A DNA stretch of 64,000 nucleotides from Oscillospiraceae bacterium (GCA_017472965.1 JAFUNR010000050.1:22112-86111), one strand, 5' to 3'; shown: positions 52,934 through 62,949, counted from the first letter of the stretch. Program-made: numbers and translations. The notes: generated by a model not told the origin, from the sequence alone.

Positions 52934-54304
52934 ATGAGACTTGAAAGCAGCAGCCGCTTTTTGCAGGATGCTTTCCGGTGGGCGGTGGAAAAAACAGGGC
53001 AGTTTGTTGTGACAGGTACCCGCAGCGGGCCGGTCAACAAGGGTGAGGGCGGAAAATGGTACGGCCCGGGCCGGCGGGTGCTGGATGCTCCCACCGAGCC
53101 GTGGGCGCAGCCCCGGGATTATCAGCCGGCTTTCTGGGCCGGCTACTACGACCGCACGGCATACTATATCCGCGATTTTGTGCATCAGGCGGCAGGGGCG
53201 TATCTGGTGGGGCTGGAAAAAGAGCTCTTCAATATGTTCTACACCTTTGTGAGCCATGCAAACGAAAAAACCGGTTGGTTTGCGCCGTGGGCATTCAATT
53301 TTGACAACAGCGTTTACTATATGGATACCCCGAACGAAACGGAATTTGTTCGCGAGCTCACCGCCCAGTTCGAGCTTGTGGAAACCGCGTACCGGCTTTA
53401 TCTGTGGAGCGGTGACCGGCGGTATGTTGAGGATGAGGTGATCTTCAATTTCATTCAAAAAACGCTGACGGAGCTCACCGACCGTCTGGACGGCGCGGTG
53501 CTCGGCGAAAAGAATGGCATACCGGAGGGCTTCGGCCACATTTTCAGGATCTCTGCCACTTATAACGAAAGGGGCTTCAATGCCGCCGAAGCGGCTGACA
53601 GCATTGCTGCGCTGTATCAGGCGATTCTGGCCTATGCCAATATCCTGAAGCTGCGGGGCGATAGCAGGGGGGCTGTAGTGCAGCACAGACGCGCCGAAGA
53701 TCTGAAGGAATATTTCAACCGGGAGTGGAGCGTAGCCGAAGGCACTGACCGGTTTGTCTATGCCGTCGACAACACCGGTACAAAGCATTTTGAATGGGAG
53801 AAAAACGGCAGAGAGATCCACGGCGGGGAGACCCTTATGTTTATCCCGCTGAAGCAGCTTTCCGAACCGGGGGAGCGGAATGAAAGACTGCTGGATTACA
53901 TCCATGACTGTCAGCTGGACCCGCGGACAAGGGGCGACAACATCGAAAGCCTGACTTATCTGCCCGACCTGTTTTTCCGCAGCGGCAGAGCGGAAGAGGG
54001 CTGGTACTGGATGAAGCATATCATCGCGCAAAAGGACCTGCCTCACGAACATAAAACGCAGGGCGCAAACGGCGATTATCCCGAAATTTCCTTTACCTTT
54101 GTTTCGCAGGTCGTCGAGGGTCTTATGGGCATTTCGGTGGATGCGGCGGCAGGCGGGATCTCAGTTTCTCCATGTCTGCCTGCAGAGATCGGGGATGTCC
54201 GGCTCTATGATTTGAGATTCGGTGAATCTGCGGTGGATGTTTTCATTGAAAACGGCCGGATTTCCGTGATCGAGCACGGCGAAAAAACGGTGCTGCGGCG
54301 CTGA
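52934..54304 (+). CDS. Hypothetical protein (456 aa), possibly an (alpha/alpha)6-barrel glycosidase-like fold
   Basis: GAGGTGA RBS. Helix-rich sequence with recurrent aromatic/acidic blocks (WFAPWAFNFDN, EGWYWMKHI). The fold assignment is only an impression. Confidence 0.45.
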   Translation: MRLESSSRFLQDAFRWAVEKTGQFVVTGTRSGPVNKGEGGKWYGPGRRVLDAPTEPWAQPRDYQPAFWAGYYDRTAYYIRDFVHQAAGAYLVGLEKELFNMFYTFVSHANEKTGWFAPWAFNFDNSVYYMDTPNETEFVRELTAQFELVETAYRLYLWSGDRRYVEDEVIFNFIQKTLTELTDRLDGAVLGEKNGIPEGFGHIFRISATYNERGFNAAEAADSIAALYQAILAYANILKLRGDSRGAVVQHRRAEDLKEYFNREWSVAEGTDRFVYAVDNTGTKHFEWEKNGREIHGGETLMFIPLKQLSEPGERNERLLDYIHDCQLDPRTRGDNIESLTYLPDLFFRSGRAEEGWYWMKHIIAQKDLPHEHKTQGANGDYPEISFTFVSQVVEGLMGISVDAAAGGISVSPCLPAEIGDVRLYDLRFGESAVDVFIENGRISVIEHGEKTVLRR

Positions 54305-54327
54305 AACGGCGCAGCCGCCCGAAAACG

Positions 54328-54366
54328 AAAAAATGCGCAGGCCCGCTTTGGGTCTGCGCATTTTTT
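54328..54366. terminator. Bidirectional intrinsic terminator between convergent genes
   Basis: AAAAAATGCGCAGGCCC-GCTT-TGGGTCTGCGCATTTTTT: 12-bp arms with one mismatch, flanked by A-run and T-run. Confidence 0.75.
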
Positions 54367-54862
54367 ACAGCTCTTTCTGGGCGTAGATCACATCGTATTC
54401 CGGTTGATGCGAAACCGCTCCGGTGGGCGCAAAGCCATTTTTCAGCCAGAAGTGCCGGCTTTGCTCATTGGTGCTTACAAATCCCAGCCGGATGCGGTCG
54501 AAATGCCCCTGCAGCATACCGCACAGCGCCTGCACCAGCGCACTGCCGAAGCCGCGGCCCTGCAGGGCGGCATCCACCATGAAAAAGCCCCAGAAAGCGG
54601 TGCGCTCATCCGGAAAACCGAGGATCAGATCCCATACGGCGGCAAGCTTATCCTGCTGCCAGATGCCCAGATAGTATTTATCCTGCGCGGTCTTGCCCGG
54701 GGGCAGCGCCGCCATATCGGCACGGATGCCTGCCTCACAGGGGTCGGGCGGGCAGTGGCGGTAAAACAGCGGGTTGCCGCGGCAAAGCGCCAGCACGGCG
54801 GGGATATCCTCCTCACGAATGCGGCGCAGGGTCACGGCACCGCAGGCGGTGTTCAGCTCCAT
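54365..54862 (-). CDS. GNAT-family N-acetyltransferase. Start at MELNTACGA.
   Basis: Acetyl-CoA binding block LQGRGFGSALVQAL (Q/RxxGxG/A). About 165 aa. Confidence 0.8.
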   Translation of the reverse strand: MELNTACGAVTLRRIREEDIPAVLALCRGNPLFYRHCPPDPCEAGIRADMAALPPGKTAQDKYYLGIWQQDKLAAVWDLILGFPDERTAFWGFFMVDAALQGRGFGSALVQALCGMLQGHFDRIRLGFVSTNEQSRHFWLKNGFAPTGAVSHQPEYDVIYAQKEL

Positions 54863-54920
54863 GACAAAGACCTCCGGAAAAAGGCAATGCCGCCGCAAAA
54901 CGCTCTGCGGCGGCATCGTT

Positions 54921-56405
54921 TTAATAGTGGAAAAGCTTCTTGCTCTGGTAGCGGGGCTCGCAGGTCATCTGCACGCCCAGCTTGCGCCATACGCCGTCAT
55001 CCACCGGCGCAAGGATCACGGTGCTGTGTGCCTGACAGTTTTTCAGCTTCGCCAGACAGTCCATGGCCTTTTTCGCGTTGGGATCGGTGGCGGCGCAGAT
55101 GGAAAGCGCCACAAGGATCTCGTCGGTGTGCAGACGGGGATTGTGGTTGCCCAGATACTCCACCTTCAGCTGCTGGATCGGCTCGATGACCGCGGGGGAC
55201 ATCAGCGGCACCTCATCGGCAATGCCGGCCAGCGCCTTCAGAGCGTTGAGCAGCACGGCAGCGCTGGCGCCCAGCAGGGAGGAGGTTTTACCGGTGACGA
55301 TGCGCCCGTCCGCCAGCTGCAGTGCGGCGGCGGGGGCGCCGCCGGTGGCCTCGCTTTTGGCAAGCGCGGCGGCTACGGCGGGACGGTCGGCGGCGGTCAG
55401 TTTGGTCTGTTTGAGCAGCAGCTCGATCTTCTCCAGCGCGGTATCGCTGCCGGTGCCCTTGCGCTTTTCGCACTGGGCGGCGTACCAGCGGCGCAGGATC
55501 TCCTGCTTGGCGGCATCGCGTACGGCCTCGTCGTCAAAAATGCACATACCCACCATGTTCACGCCCATGTCGGTGGGGGATTTGTAAGGGCTTTCGCCCA
55601 TGATGCGCTCCATCATGGCATCCAGCACAGGGAAGATCTCCACATCGCGGTTGTAGTTGACCGCTGTTTCGCCGTAGGTCTCCAGATGATAGGGGTCGAT
55701 CATATTCACATCGTTCAGATCGGCGGTGGCGGCCTCGTATGCCAGATTCACCGGATGCTTCAGCGGCAGATTCCAGATGGGGAAGGTCTCGAATTTTGCG
55801 TAGCCGCTTTTGATGCCCCGCTTTTCATCGTGGAAAAGCTGGGAAAGGCAGGTGGCCATTTTGCCGCTGCCGGGGCCGGGGGCGGTGACCACCACCAGAC
55901 TGCGGGAGGTTTCGATATATTCGTTGCGGCCGAAGCCCTCCTCGCTGACGATGCGCTCGGGGTCGGAGGGGTAGCCGGCAATGGAGTAGTGCCGGTAGGT
56001 GCGGATGCCCAGATTCTCCAGCTTTTTCTCAAAGGCAGCGGCGCTGGGCTGATCGCTGTAGCGGGTCAGCACCACACTGCCCACATAAAGCCCCTTGCCG
56101 CGGAAGGCATCGATCAGGCGCAGCACGTCCAGATCGTAGGTGATGCCCAGATCGCCGCGCACCTTGTTCTGCTCGATATCCGCCGCGTTGATAACGATGA
56201 CGATTTCGGCGGTATCCTTCAGCTGCACCAGCATGTTGATCTTGCTGTCCGGCGCAAAGCCCGGCAGCACGCGGGCGGCGTGGAAATCGTCAAACAGCTT
56301 GCCGCCGAATTCCAGATACAGCTTGCCGCCGAAGCGGTCGATGCGCTCACGGATCTTCTCCGACTGCAGCTGCAGATATTTGTCGTTGTCAAACCCCAGT
56401 TTCAT
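54921..56405 (-). CDS. DUF1846 (UPF0371) family protein. Start at MKLGFDNDKY.
   Basis: N-terminus KLGFDNDKYLQLQSEKIRERI...GGKLYLEFGGKLFDD matches my recollection of the UPF0371 family. GGAGGA RBS. Confidence 0.8.
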   Translation of the reverse strand: MKLGFDNDKYLQLQSEKIRERIDRFGGKLYLEFGGKLFDDFHAARVLPGFAPDSKINMLVQLKDTAEIVIVINAADIEQNKVRGDLGITYDLDVLRLIDAFRGKGLYVGSVVLTRYSDQPSAAAFEKKLENLGIRTYRHYSIAGYPSDPERIVSEEGFGRNEYIETSRSLVVVTAPGPGSGKMATCLSQLFHDEKRGIKSGYAKFETFPIWNLPLKHPVNLAYEAATADLNDVNMIDPYHLETYGETAVNYNRDVEIFPVLDAMMERIMGESPYKSPTDMGVNMVGMCIFDDEAVRDAAKQEILRRWYAAQCEKRKGTGSDTALEKIELLLKQTKLTAADRPAVAAALAKSEATGGAPAAALQLADGRIVTGKTSSLLGASAAVLLNALKALAGIADEVPLMSPAVIEPIQQLKVEYLGNHNPRLHTDEILVALSICAATDPNAKKAMDCLAKLKNCQAHSTVILAPVDDGVWRKLGVQMTCEPRYQSKKLFHY

Positions 56406-56531
56406 GGCGTCCTCCTGTAAGGCATGTGCATCAAAAAAACAAACAGACCCTGCGCGCACCGGCGAAAACTCGCTGCGGCAAAGGGCCTGTCCCTTTGTCC
56501 TGCCCCGGATAGGGCAAATCATTCCTTCAAC

Positions 56532-56560
56532 ATTTTACCACGAAACAAACGCTTCTACAA
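56532..56560 (-). promoter_or_regulatory. Candidate promoter for the DUF1846 gene (TTGTAG-17-TAAAAT with TGn extension, minus strand)
   Basis: Reverse complement reads TTGTAG (56560-56555), a 17-nt spacer ending in TGG, then TAAAAT (56537-56532). Confidence 0.5.
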
Positions 56561-56755
56561 GTCTTGGTCCGGTGGATTTTTGTGGAATTTTCGTCGGGGA
56601 TTTTGTGCATCTTTGCACAGTACGCTTTATCGGAACCTGTCCTGTGCGGAAAAGCGGCGGCGAAAGCTTGCGGCAAAAAAATACTGCAGGCCGGCTCTTG
56701 TGCTGTGTGCCGTACAGGTGTAAAATAAAAGAAAAAGCGTAAAGGAGAGCAGAAC

Positions 56756-58273
56756 ATGATCATCCGTACCACGCATGGCGATGTAAAGGGCTTTACAAGA
56801 GGTGACACCGCCGTTTTTTGCGGCATCCCCTATGGTGCGCCCTGTGACGGCGCGGCCAGATTCCTTCCGCCGCGTCCCGCACAGGATTGGGAAGGGGTGC
56901 TGGACTGCACCAGAAACGGCCCCATCGCCGTACAGAACGGCGGCAGTATCTCCGGAAGCGAGGGCCTGGGCCCCTATTTCAGCGGCGGCCGGCCGGAGGA
57001 TTTCGGCGTAAAAGAGGAGCGTCAGGATGAAAAATGTCTGGTGCTCAATGTGCTTTCCCCCGATGTGGGCGGCAAAAAGCCGGTGCTGGTGTATATCCAC
57101 GGCGGCGGCTTTGCTTCGGGCAGCGGCTCACTGGTGGTGGGTGCACACCGCTTTGTGCAGGAGCAGGATACCGTGCTGGTGGGTGTCAATCACCGGCTGA
57201 ATGTGTTCGGCTATCTGTATCTGGAGCATCTGGATGCCAAATATGCCGGCAGCGGTATGGCGGGTATGCTGGATCTGGTGCTGGCGCTGGAATGGGTGCG
57301 GGATAATATCGCAGCATTCGGCGGTGATCCCGCGCAGGTGACTGTTATGGGAGAAAGCGGCGGCGGCGCCAAGATCAATACGCTGCTTGCCATGCCGCAG
57401 GCAGAGGGACTTTTCTGCCGTGCCGTGGTGGAAAGCGGCAGTATGCCCGCAGGTACGCTGCTGCCGGAACAGGCGGCGGCGCTGACCGAAAAGCTGGCAA
57501 AGCGGCTGGGCATGGAAAAGCCCGACCCCGCCGCACTGGCGGCAGTGCCGGCGCAGCAGCTGCTGGCGGCGGCCTCCGATCCGGCGCTTTCCTTCGGTCC
57601 CGTGGCGGACGGCGCGAACCTTGCGCCGAATCCCGCCGGCAGCTTTGCACCGCAGGGCTTTGCCTGCAGCATCCCTCTGTTGGTGGGCTCCTCCGAGGAT
57701 GAAATGGCCGTTTTCACCCCGCAGGAAAAGCTGCGGGATATCACATGGGAAAACCTTGCACAGAAGCTGGCAGACAGCGGCCCCCGCCGCGGCATGGCGG
57801 GCGTGAAAGGCTTCACAGAGGAAAATGCCCCGGCACGCATTGCGGTATTCCGTGCAGCCGACCGCAAGGGCGACAGCCCGGCCCATCTGTATCTGAAGAT
57901 GGTTTCCATGTGCGGCATGCTCGGCGGCGGCGCGTTCCATCAGGCGATGGCGTGGGCGAAGAGCGGCGCAGCGCCGGTGTATCATTATGCCGTCAGCTAT
58001 GATGCCCCGCTGCCCGACAGCGGGAATATGCGCTGTGCATGGCATACCGCCGATCTGCCGCTGCAGCTGCGGGTGGTTCTGCATCCCGAAAGCGAAGCAC
58101 TCTCCCGCCGCATGGCGGCGGCACTGGGGGCTTTTGTGCGCAGCGGCTCCCCCGCAACACAGGAACTGCCCTGGCCGGCTTTTGAGCCGCAGCAGCGCCT
58201 GACCATGGTGTTCGATGAGGAATGCCGGGTGGAAAGCGATCCGTGGCAGGCTCTGAGAGAGCAGCTTTCCTGA
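56756..58273 (+). CDS. Carboxylesterase type B (para-nitrobenzyl esterase-like)
   Basis: G(I)PYGAP, oxyanion-hole HGGGF, and nucleophile elbow GESGGG. AAAGGAG RBS. Confidence 0.9.
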   Translation: MIIRTTHGDVKGFTRGDTAVFCGIPYGAPCDGAARFLPPRPAQDWEGVLDCTRNGPIAVQNGGSISGSEGLGPYFSGGRPEDFGVKEERQDEKCLVLNVLSPDVGGKKPVLVYIHGGGFASGSGSLVVGAHRFVQEQDTVLVGVNHRLNVFGYLYLEHLDAKYAGSGMAGMLDLVLALEWVRDNIAAFGGDPAQVTVMGESGGGAKINTLLAMPQAEGLFCRAVVESGSMPAGTLLPEQAAALTEKLAKRLGMEKPDPAALAAVPAQQLLAAASDPALSFGPVADGANLAPNPAGSFAPQGFACSIPLLVGSSEDEMAVFTPQEKLRDITWENLAQKLADSGPRRGMAGVKGFTEENAPARIAVFRAADRKGDSPAHLYLKMVSMCGMLGGGAFHQAMAWAKSGAAPVYHYAVSYDAPLPDSGNMRCAWHTADLPLQLRVVLHPESEALSRRMAAALGAFVRSGSPATQELPWPAFEPQQRLTMVFDEECRVESDPWQALREQLS

Positions 58274-58308
58274 AAAATGTATCTTTTTTGTGAAAACAGG
58301 AAATAGGG

Positions 58309-58338
58309 TTGCCCTTCTTTCGGAATTTGTGATATAAT
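58309..58338 (+). promoter_or_regulatory. Candidate extended -10 promoter (TTGCCC-18-TGaTATAAT) for the orphan permease gene
   Basis: TGATATAAT at 58330-58338. The -35 box is weak. Confidence 0.45.
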
Positions 58339-58344
58339 AGTTAA

Positions 58345-58368
58345 AATTGTGTTGCAGAATTGTGTTGC
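58345..58368 (+). repeat. Tandem direct repeat AATTGTGTTGC (two copies, 13-nt period) in the permease 5' leader
   Basis: AATTGTGTTGCAG-AATTGTGTTGC, read directly between the -10 box and the RBS. Confidence 0.6.
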
Positions 58369-58395
58369 GAAAAACGAAAAAACGAGGGAGCCCTT

Positions 58396-59220
58396 ATGCA
58401 GATGACACGGGTCAAAAGCAGAAAGCATCAGGAGACCGCATTCAATGTGCTGGTGCTGTTCTTTGCGGTGATTCTTCTGGTGATGTCCTACCTGATCATC
58501 TATTGTATGATCACGCTGGCTGTCAAGCCGGGTCTTGAGGTGTACACCGATTTCTGGGGCTGGCCCGCACATCCCAATTGGCGCAGTCTCACCTATGCGC
58601 TGGGTGCGCTGTACCGTCCCACGCTGAATACCATTCTGGTGATCACCATTACCTGCAGCTTCATGCTGCTGGTCAGCGTGCCGGCAGCCTACGCTTTTGC
58701 CCGCATCAAGTTCATCGGACGCGAGTTTTTCTATCTGGCGGTGCTGGCGCTGATGATGATCCCGGATGTGCTGACGCTGACCCCGCGTTTTGTCATGATG
58801 CGTGATTACGGCCTTTACGATACCTGGTGGGCGCTGATCCTGCCGTGGGGCGCAAACGGTGTGATCTGGGGCGTGATCATGATCCGCAACCATATCGAGG
58901 GTCTGCCCCATGAGCTGTTCGATTCCGCCAAGATCGATGGCTGCAACGAGTGGCAGCTGATCACCCGCATCTGTCTGCCGCTGTCCGGCGCCATCATGGC
59001 CACAGTGGTGATCATAAAAATGGTGGAATTCTACAACGATTTCACATGGCCTATGGTGGTGATCAACCGCACGGCCATTCAGGTCATCTCGGTAGTGATC
59101 CGTGTGCAGCACAACAATGTGGCGGGCTGTGTTATCACCTGTGTTCCGCTGCTGTTCCTGTTCCTGTGTGCCAGCTCCCTGTATATGGAGGGACTGACTG
59201 CCGGCGCCGTCAAGGGCTGA
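58396..59220 (+). CDS. ABC transporter permease, carbohydrate (MalG/CUT1) type, orphan. Start at MQMTRVKSR.
   Basis: EAA loop FDSAKIDGCNEWQLITRICLPLSG with six hydrophobic segments. GAGGGAG RBS. Confidence 0.85.
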   Translation: MQMTRVKSRKHQETAFNVLVLFFAVILLVMSYLIIYCMITLAVKPGLEVYTDFWGWPAHPNWRSLTYALGALYRPTLNTILVITITCSFMLLVSVPAAYAFARIKFIGREFFYLAVLALMMIPDVLTLTPRFVMMRDYGLYDTWWALILPWGANGVIWGVIMIRNHIEGLPHELFDSAKIDGCNEWQLITRICLPLSGAIMATVVIIKMVEFYNDFTWPMVVINRTAIQVISVVIRVQHNNVAGCVITCVPLLFLFLCASSLYMEGLTAGAVKG

Positions 59221-59245
59221 TGCCTGAAAAAGTACATATTTCATG

Positions 59246-59283
59246 CGTTCCGCTGCCTTGCCGGGCGGCGGAACGATTTTTAT
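59246..59283 (+). terminator. Intrinsic terminator after the permease gene
   Basis: CGTTCCGCTGCC / GGCGGCGGAACG stem (one U-G pair) followed by ATTTTTAT. Confidence 0.75.
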
Positions 59284-59328
59284 GACCGCAGCACGGAAGG
59301 CTGCGCAGAATGAGAGGGGATTTTTGTG

Positions 59329-60729
59329 ATGGCTTCACATATCCGGGATATGACCGCAGGGCGGCCGCTGCCGCTGCTGCTGCGCTTTGCACTGCCGCTG
59401 ATGCTGGGCAATATGTTCCAGCAGCTGTACACCGTGGTGGATACCATGGTAGTGGGACAGGCGCTGGGCGTCAATGCACTGGCGGCACTGGGCGCCAGCG
59501 ACTGGCTGAACTGGATGGTGCTGGGTGCGGTACAGGGTCTGACACAGGGATTTTCCATCCTGATGGCGCAGGAATTCGGTGCGCGCCGGCAGGAAAGTCT
59601 TCGTACAGCAGTGGGCAATGCCGTCACCCTCTCCGCGATCAGCGCCGTACTGCTTACAACGGTCAGCCTGCTGGCGGCCCGTCCGCTGCTGGTGCTGCTG
59701 CAGACTCCCGCAGAGATCCTGCACGATTCTCTCACGTATCTGTATATCATGTACGGGGCGATTCCCGTGGTGTTTACATACAATCTGCTGGCAAGCACAC
59801 TGCGTTCGCTGGGCGACAGCCGTACCCCGCTGCTGGCCATGATCGTGGCCTCTTTTCTGAATATCGGTCTAGACCTGCTGTTTGTGCTGGTGTTTCACTG
59901 GGGCATTGCCGGGGCGGCTTTTGCCACGGTACTGGCACAGGTGGCGGCAAGCGGCTTCTGCTTCGCGCAGCTGCGGCGTATTCCTCTGCTGCGGCTGCAA
60001 AAACACCACTTCCGGCTGCAGGGGCCGGTGGCAAAACGGCTGCTGGTGCTGGGCTCGCCCATGGGCCTGCAGAATGCCGTCATCGCGGTGGGCGGCATCA
60101 TCGTACAGTCGGTGGTCAACGGCTTCGGTGTGCTGTTCATCGCGGGCTATACCGCTACCAACAAGCTGTTCGGTCTGCTGGAGATCGCCGCAAGCTCCTA
60201 CGGGTATGGCATGACGACCTATGTGGGGCAGAATCTGGGCGCGGGGCGTATCGAGCGCATCCGTGCTGGCATGAAAGCTGCGCTGGGCCTGGCGGCAGTC
60301 ACCTCGCTGATCATCGCCGCCGCCATGCTGGTCTTTGGCCGCGATATCCTCAGTCTGTTCATCTCCGGTACCCCGCAGGAGGTTGCCCGTACACTGGATA
60401 TCGCCTATTACTATCTGGCGCTGATGGCGGTCTGTCTGCCGGTGCTGTACCTGCTGCATGTGCTGCGTGCCTCCATTCAGGGTATGGGCAACACGGTGCT
60501 GCCTATGGCAAGCGGCGCGGCGGAATTCGTTATGCGTGTTGCCGGTGCACCGCTGCTGCCGCTGTGGCTGGGCGAGGTGGGCATTTTTTACACCGAGGTC
60601 GCTGCATGGTTCGGCGCAAATCTGATTCTGATCCCCAGCTGGATCGCTGTGCTGCGCCGGGCACAGCCGTTTGTATCGCAGCAGGAACTGACAGACGGCG
60701 GGGAGAGCCCGCTGCGGGAGAAAAGCTGA
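59329..60729 (+). CDS. MATE-family efflux transporter. The ATG at 59329 is adjacent to the alternative GTG at 59326.
   Basis: LLRFALPLMLGNMFQQLYTVVDTMVVGQ N-terminus and a 12-TM pattern typical of MATE/MurJ-like exporters. Confidence 0.9.
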   Translation: MASHIRDMTAGRPLPLLLRFALPLMLGNMFQQLYTVVDTMVVGQALGVNALAALGASDWLNWMVLGAVQGLTQGFSILMAQEFGARRQESLRTAVGNAVTLSAISAVLLTTVSLLAARPLLVLLQTPAEILHDSLTYLYIMYGAIPVVFTYNLLASTLRSLGDSRTPLLAMIVASFLNIGLDLLFVLVFHWGIAGAAFATVLAQVAASGFCFAQLRRIPLLRLQKHHFRLQGPVAKRLLVLGSPMGLQNAVIAVGGIIVQSVVNGFGVLFIAGYTATNKLFGLLEIAASSYGYGMTTYVGQNLGAGRIERIRAGMKAALGLAAVTSLIIAAAMLVFGRDILSLFISGTPQEVARTLDIAYYYLALMAVCLPVLYLLHVLRASIQGMGNTVLPMASGAAEFVMRVAGAPLLPLWLGEVGIFYTEVAAWFGANLILIPSWIAVLRRAQPFVSQQELTDGGESPLREKS

Positions 60730-60828
60730 AGGCTGCGGCAAAAGGGTTCTTGTATCCCGCTGCAAAATGTGATATACCTTTTAGCAAAGGGCCGCATCGG
60801 CCCGCAGAAAAAATGCGGAGGATTTGCT

Positions 60829-62949
60829 ATGTTTCAGAAGGCTTTGCCGGTATGGGTGCCGTTTGAAAACCGGCAGGACGAGCTGAACAGCCAGCTGGTG
60901 TTCCGCGCACGGGTATCCACCGTCCGCGGAACCAAGCTGTCGCTGGCGGCTGTGGATTTTTACCGCCTGTGGGTCAACGGGCGTTTTGCCGGCTTCGGAC
61001 CGGCGCGCACCGCCAAAAACTGTGCCCGCGTGGATGTGTACGATCTGACCCCTTACGCCAACGATATGGATATCCCTGACGAGATCGTCATCGAGGCGGC
61101 CGGCTATGGCTGCTGCGCGCTCTCCACCGCACGGCAGAAGCCTTTCCTTTGCGCCGAACTGACGGCGGACGGCGAGCCCGTGCTTTTTACCGGAAGGGAT
61201 TTTTCCTGCTGGCGCAATGTCCGCCGGGTGAAAAAGACCGAGCGCTATTCTGTGCAGCGGCATTTTTCCGAGATCTGGGATCTGCGTATCGCCGACCGCT
61301 TTGCCGATGAATACCGGGTGCAGACCGTGCCGGTGGAGCGGTCGATCCGCTTCATCCCCCGCGGCGTACCCATGCCGCACTGTGCGCTGGTGGAGCGTAC
61401 CGGCTATGTCAGTGCCGGCAGCTTTGCACCGGATGAAACGCTGGCGCCGCAGGATGTGCGCATCCACGCCTATTCCTTTGCTCCGGAAAAAGAGCCGGAC
61501 TGGGGGTATTTCCCCGATGAGGAGGTGGAGGAAAAGCCCTACCGCTTCCTCAATGCACAGAAACAGACCGTCACCGCCGGCGCGGGCAGCCTGCCGCTGG
61601 AGCTGGCCGCCGGTCAGTGGGTGCTGCTGGATCTTGGCCGTATCGAGGTGGGTTTTATCCGGGCGCTGCTGGAAAGTGCGGAGGAGTCCACCGTCATCAT
61701 CGGCTTTTCCGAGGTGTGCGACGGCAAGACTCTTTCCTTCAACAAAATGAATGTGCAGAATGTGCTGCAGTACCACCTGCCCGCCGGTATTTTCACCGGT
61801 GTGGAAAGCTTTGAACCCTATGGTCTGCGCTGGGCGGCAGTGTATGTGAAAAGCGGCCGTATCACGCTGGACGGCTTCGGACTGCGTACCTTTGAGAGGG
61901 ATATGTCCGGTGCGGTGCAGCGCAGCTTTGCCGATCCCGGGCTGCAGGCGGTCTACACCGCGGCGCTGCGCAGCTTTGCCCACAATGCGGTGGATCTTTA
62001 CACCGACTGTCCCACCCGCGAACGGGCAGGCTGGCTGTGCGACAGCTTCTTCACCGGCCGCGCCGAGTATTTCTTCTTCGGCGAGACCCCGGTGGAGGAT
62101 GCCTTCCTTGAAAATTACCTGCTGTATGAAAACGAGGGAGAATTCCCTGTCGGCGTGCTGCCCATGTGTTATCCCTCCGACCCGCACCAGAATAACAAGT
62201 TTATCCCCCAGTGGGATATGTGGTTCGTGATGGAGGTGTGCGAGTATCTGGCCGAGCGCCATCCCGAAAAGGACCGCGCCCCCTTCCTGCCGGCGGTGCG
62301 GGGCATTCTGGATTTCCTTGCCGGTTACGAAAATTCCGACGGCCTGCTGGAACGCCTGCCCAGCTGGAACTTTGTGGAGTGGAGCAAGGCAAATACCTGG
62401 ACGCAGGATGTCAGCTATCCCACCAACTTTCTGTATGCGGAGCTGCTGTGCCGCGCCGAAGCGGTGTTCGGCCTTGCGGGTCTTGGCGAAAAGGCCGCCC
62501 GTATCCGGGCATATCTGCTGACCAATGCCTTCAACGGCGAGGTGTTTGTGGATAACGCCGTGCGGGATGAGGCCGGCGTGCTGCACAATACCGCCAATGT
62601 ATCCGAGGCCGGCCAGTATTATGCCGCACTGTACGGCGGCTTCTCTCTGGACGAGCCCCGCTGGGCGAAGCTGAGGACGCATATCGCCGATGGCTTTGCC
62701 GCCTTTGCCGCAGCGGATACCGGCTGTGATTTCTGCCCCGCCAACGCGTTTATCGGGCTGTACCTGCGCATGAATGTGCTGCTGCAGCTGGACGATCCCG
62801 CCATCATGCGGCGGGATCTGGTGGGCTTTTTCGGCGGCATGAGCGCACTGACCGGTACGCTCTGGGAATACCGCACTCCCCACAACAGTCTGGATCACGG
62901 ATTTGCATCCTATGCGGCACTGTGTCTGCCGCTTGCCGACCGCATCTGA
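60829..62949 (+). CDS. GH78-like (alpha-L-rhamnosidase-related) protein. Start at MFQKALPVW.
   Basis: N-terminal rhamnosidase-like beta-sandwich (FYRLWVNGRFAGFGPAR) and six-hairpin block DCPTRERAGWLCDS. GCGGAGGA RBS. Confidence 0.7.
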   Translation: MFQKALPVWVPFENRQDELNSQLVFRARVSTVRGTKLSLAAVDFYRLWVNGRFAGFGPARTAKNCARVDVYDLTPYANDMDIPDEIVIEAAGYGCCALSTARQKPFLCAELTADGEPVLFTGRDFSCWRNVRRVKKTERYSVQRHFSEIWDLRIADRFADEYRVQTVPVERSIRFIPRGVPMPHCALVERTGYVSAGSFAPDETLAPQDVRIHAYSFAPEKEPDWGYFPDEEVEEKPYRFLNAQKQTVTAGAGSLPLELAAGQWVLLDLGRIEVGFIRALLESAEESTVIIGFSEVCDGKTLSFNKMNVQNVLQYHLPAGIFTGVESFEPYGLRWAAVYVKSGRITLDGFGLRTFERDMSGAVQRSFADPGLQAVYTAALRSFAHNAVDLYTDCPTRERAGWLCDSFFTGRAEYFFFGETPVEDAFLENYLLYENEGEFPVGVLPMCYPSDPHQNNKFIPQWDMWFVMEVCEYLAERHPEKDRAPFLPAVRGILDFLAGYENSDGLLERLPSWNFVEWSKANTWTQDVSYPTNFLYAELLCRAEAVFGLAGLGEKAARIRAYLLTNAFNGEVFVDNAVRDEAGVLHNTANVSEAGQYYAALYGGFSLDEPRWAKLRTHIADGFAAFAAADTGCDFCPANAFIGLYLRMNVLLQLDDPAIMRRDLVGFFGGMSALTGTLWEYRTPHNSLDHGFASYAALCLPLADRI

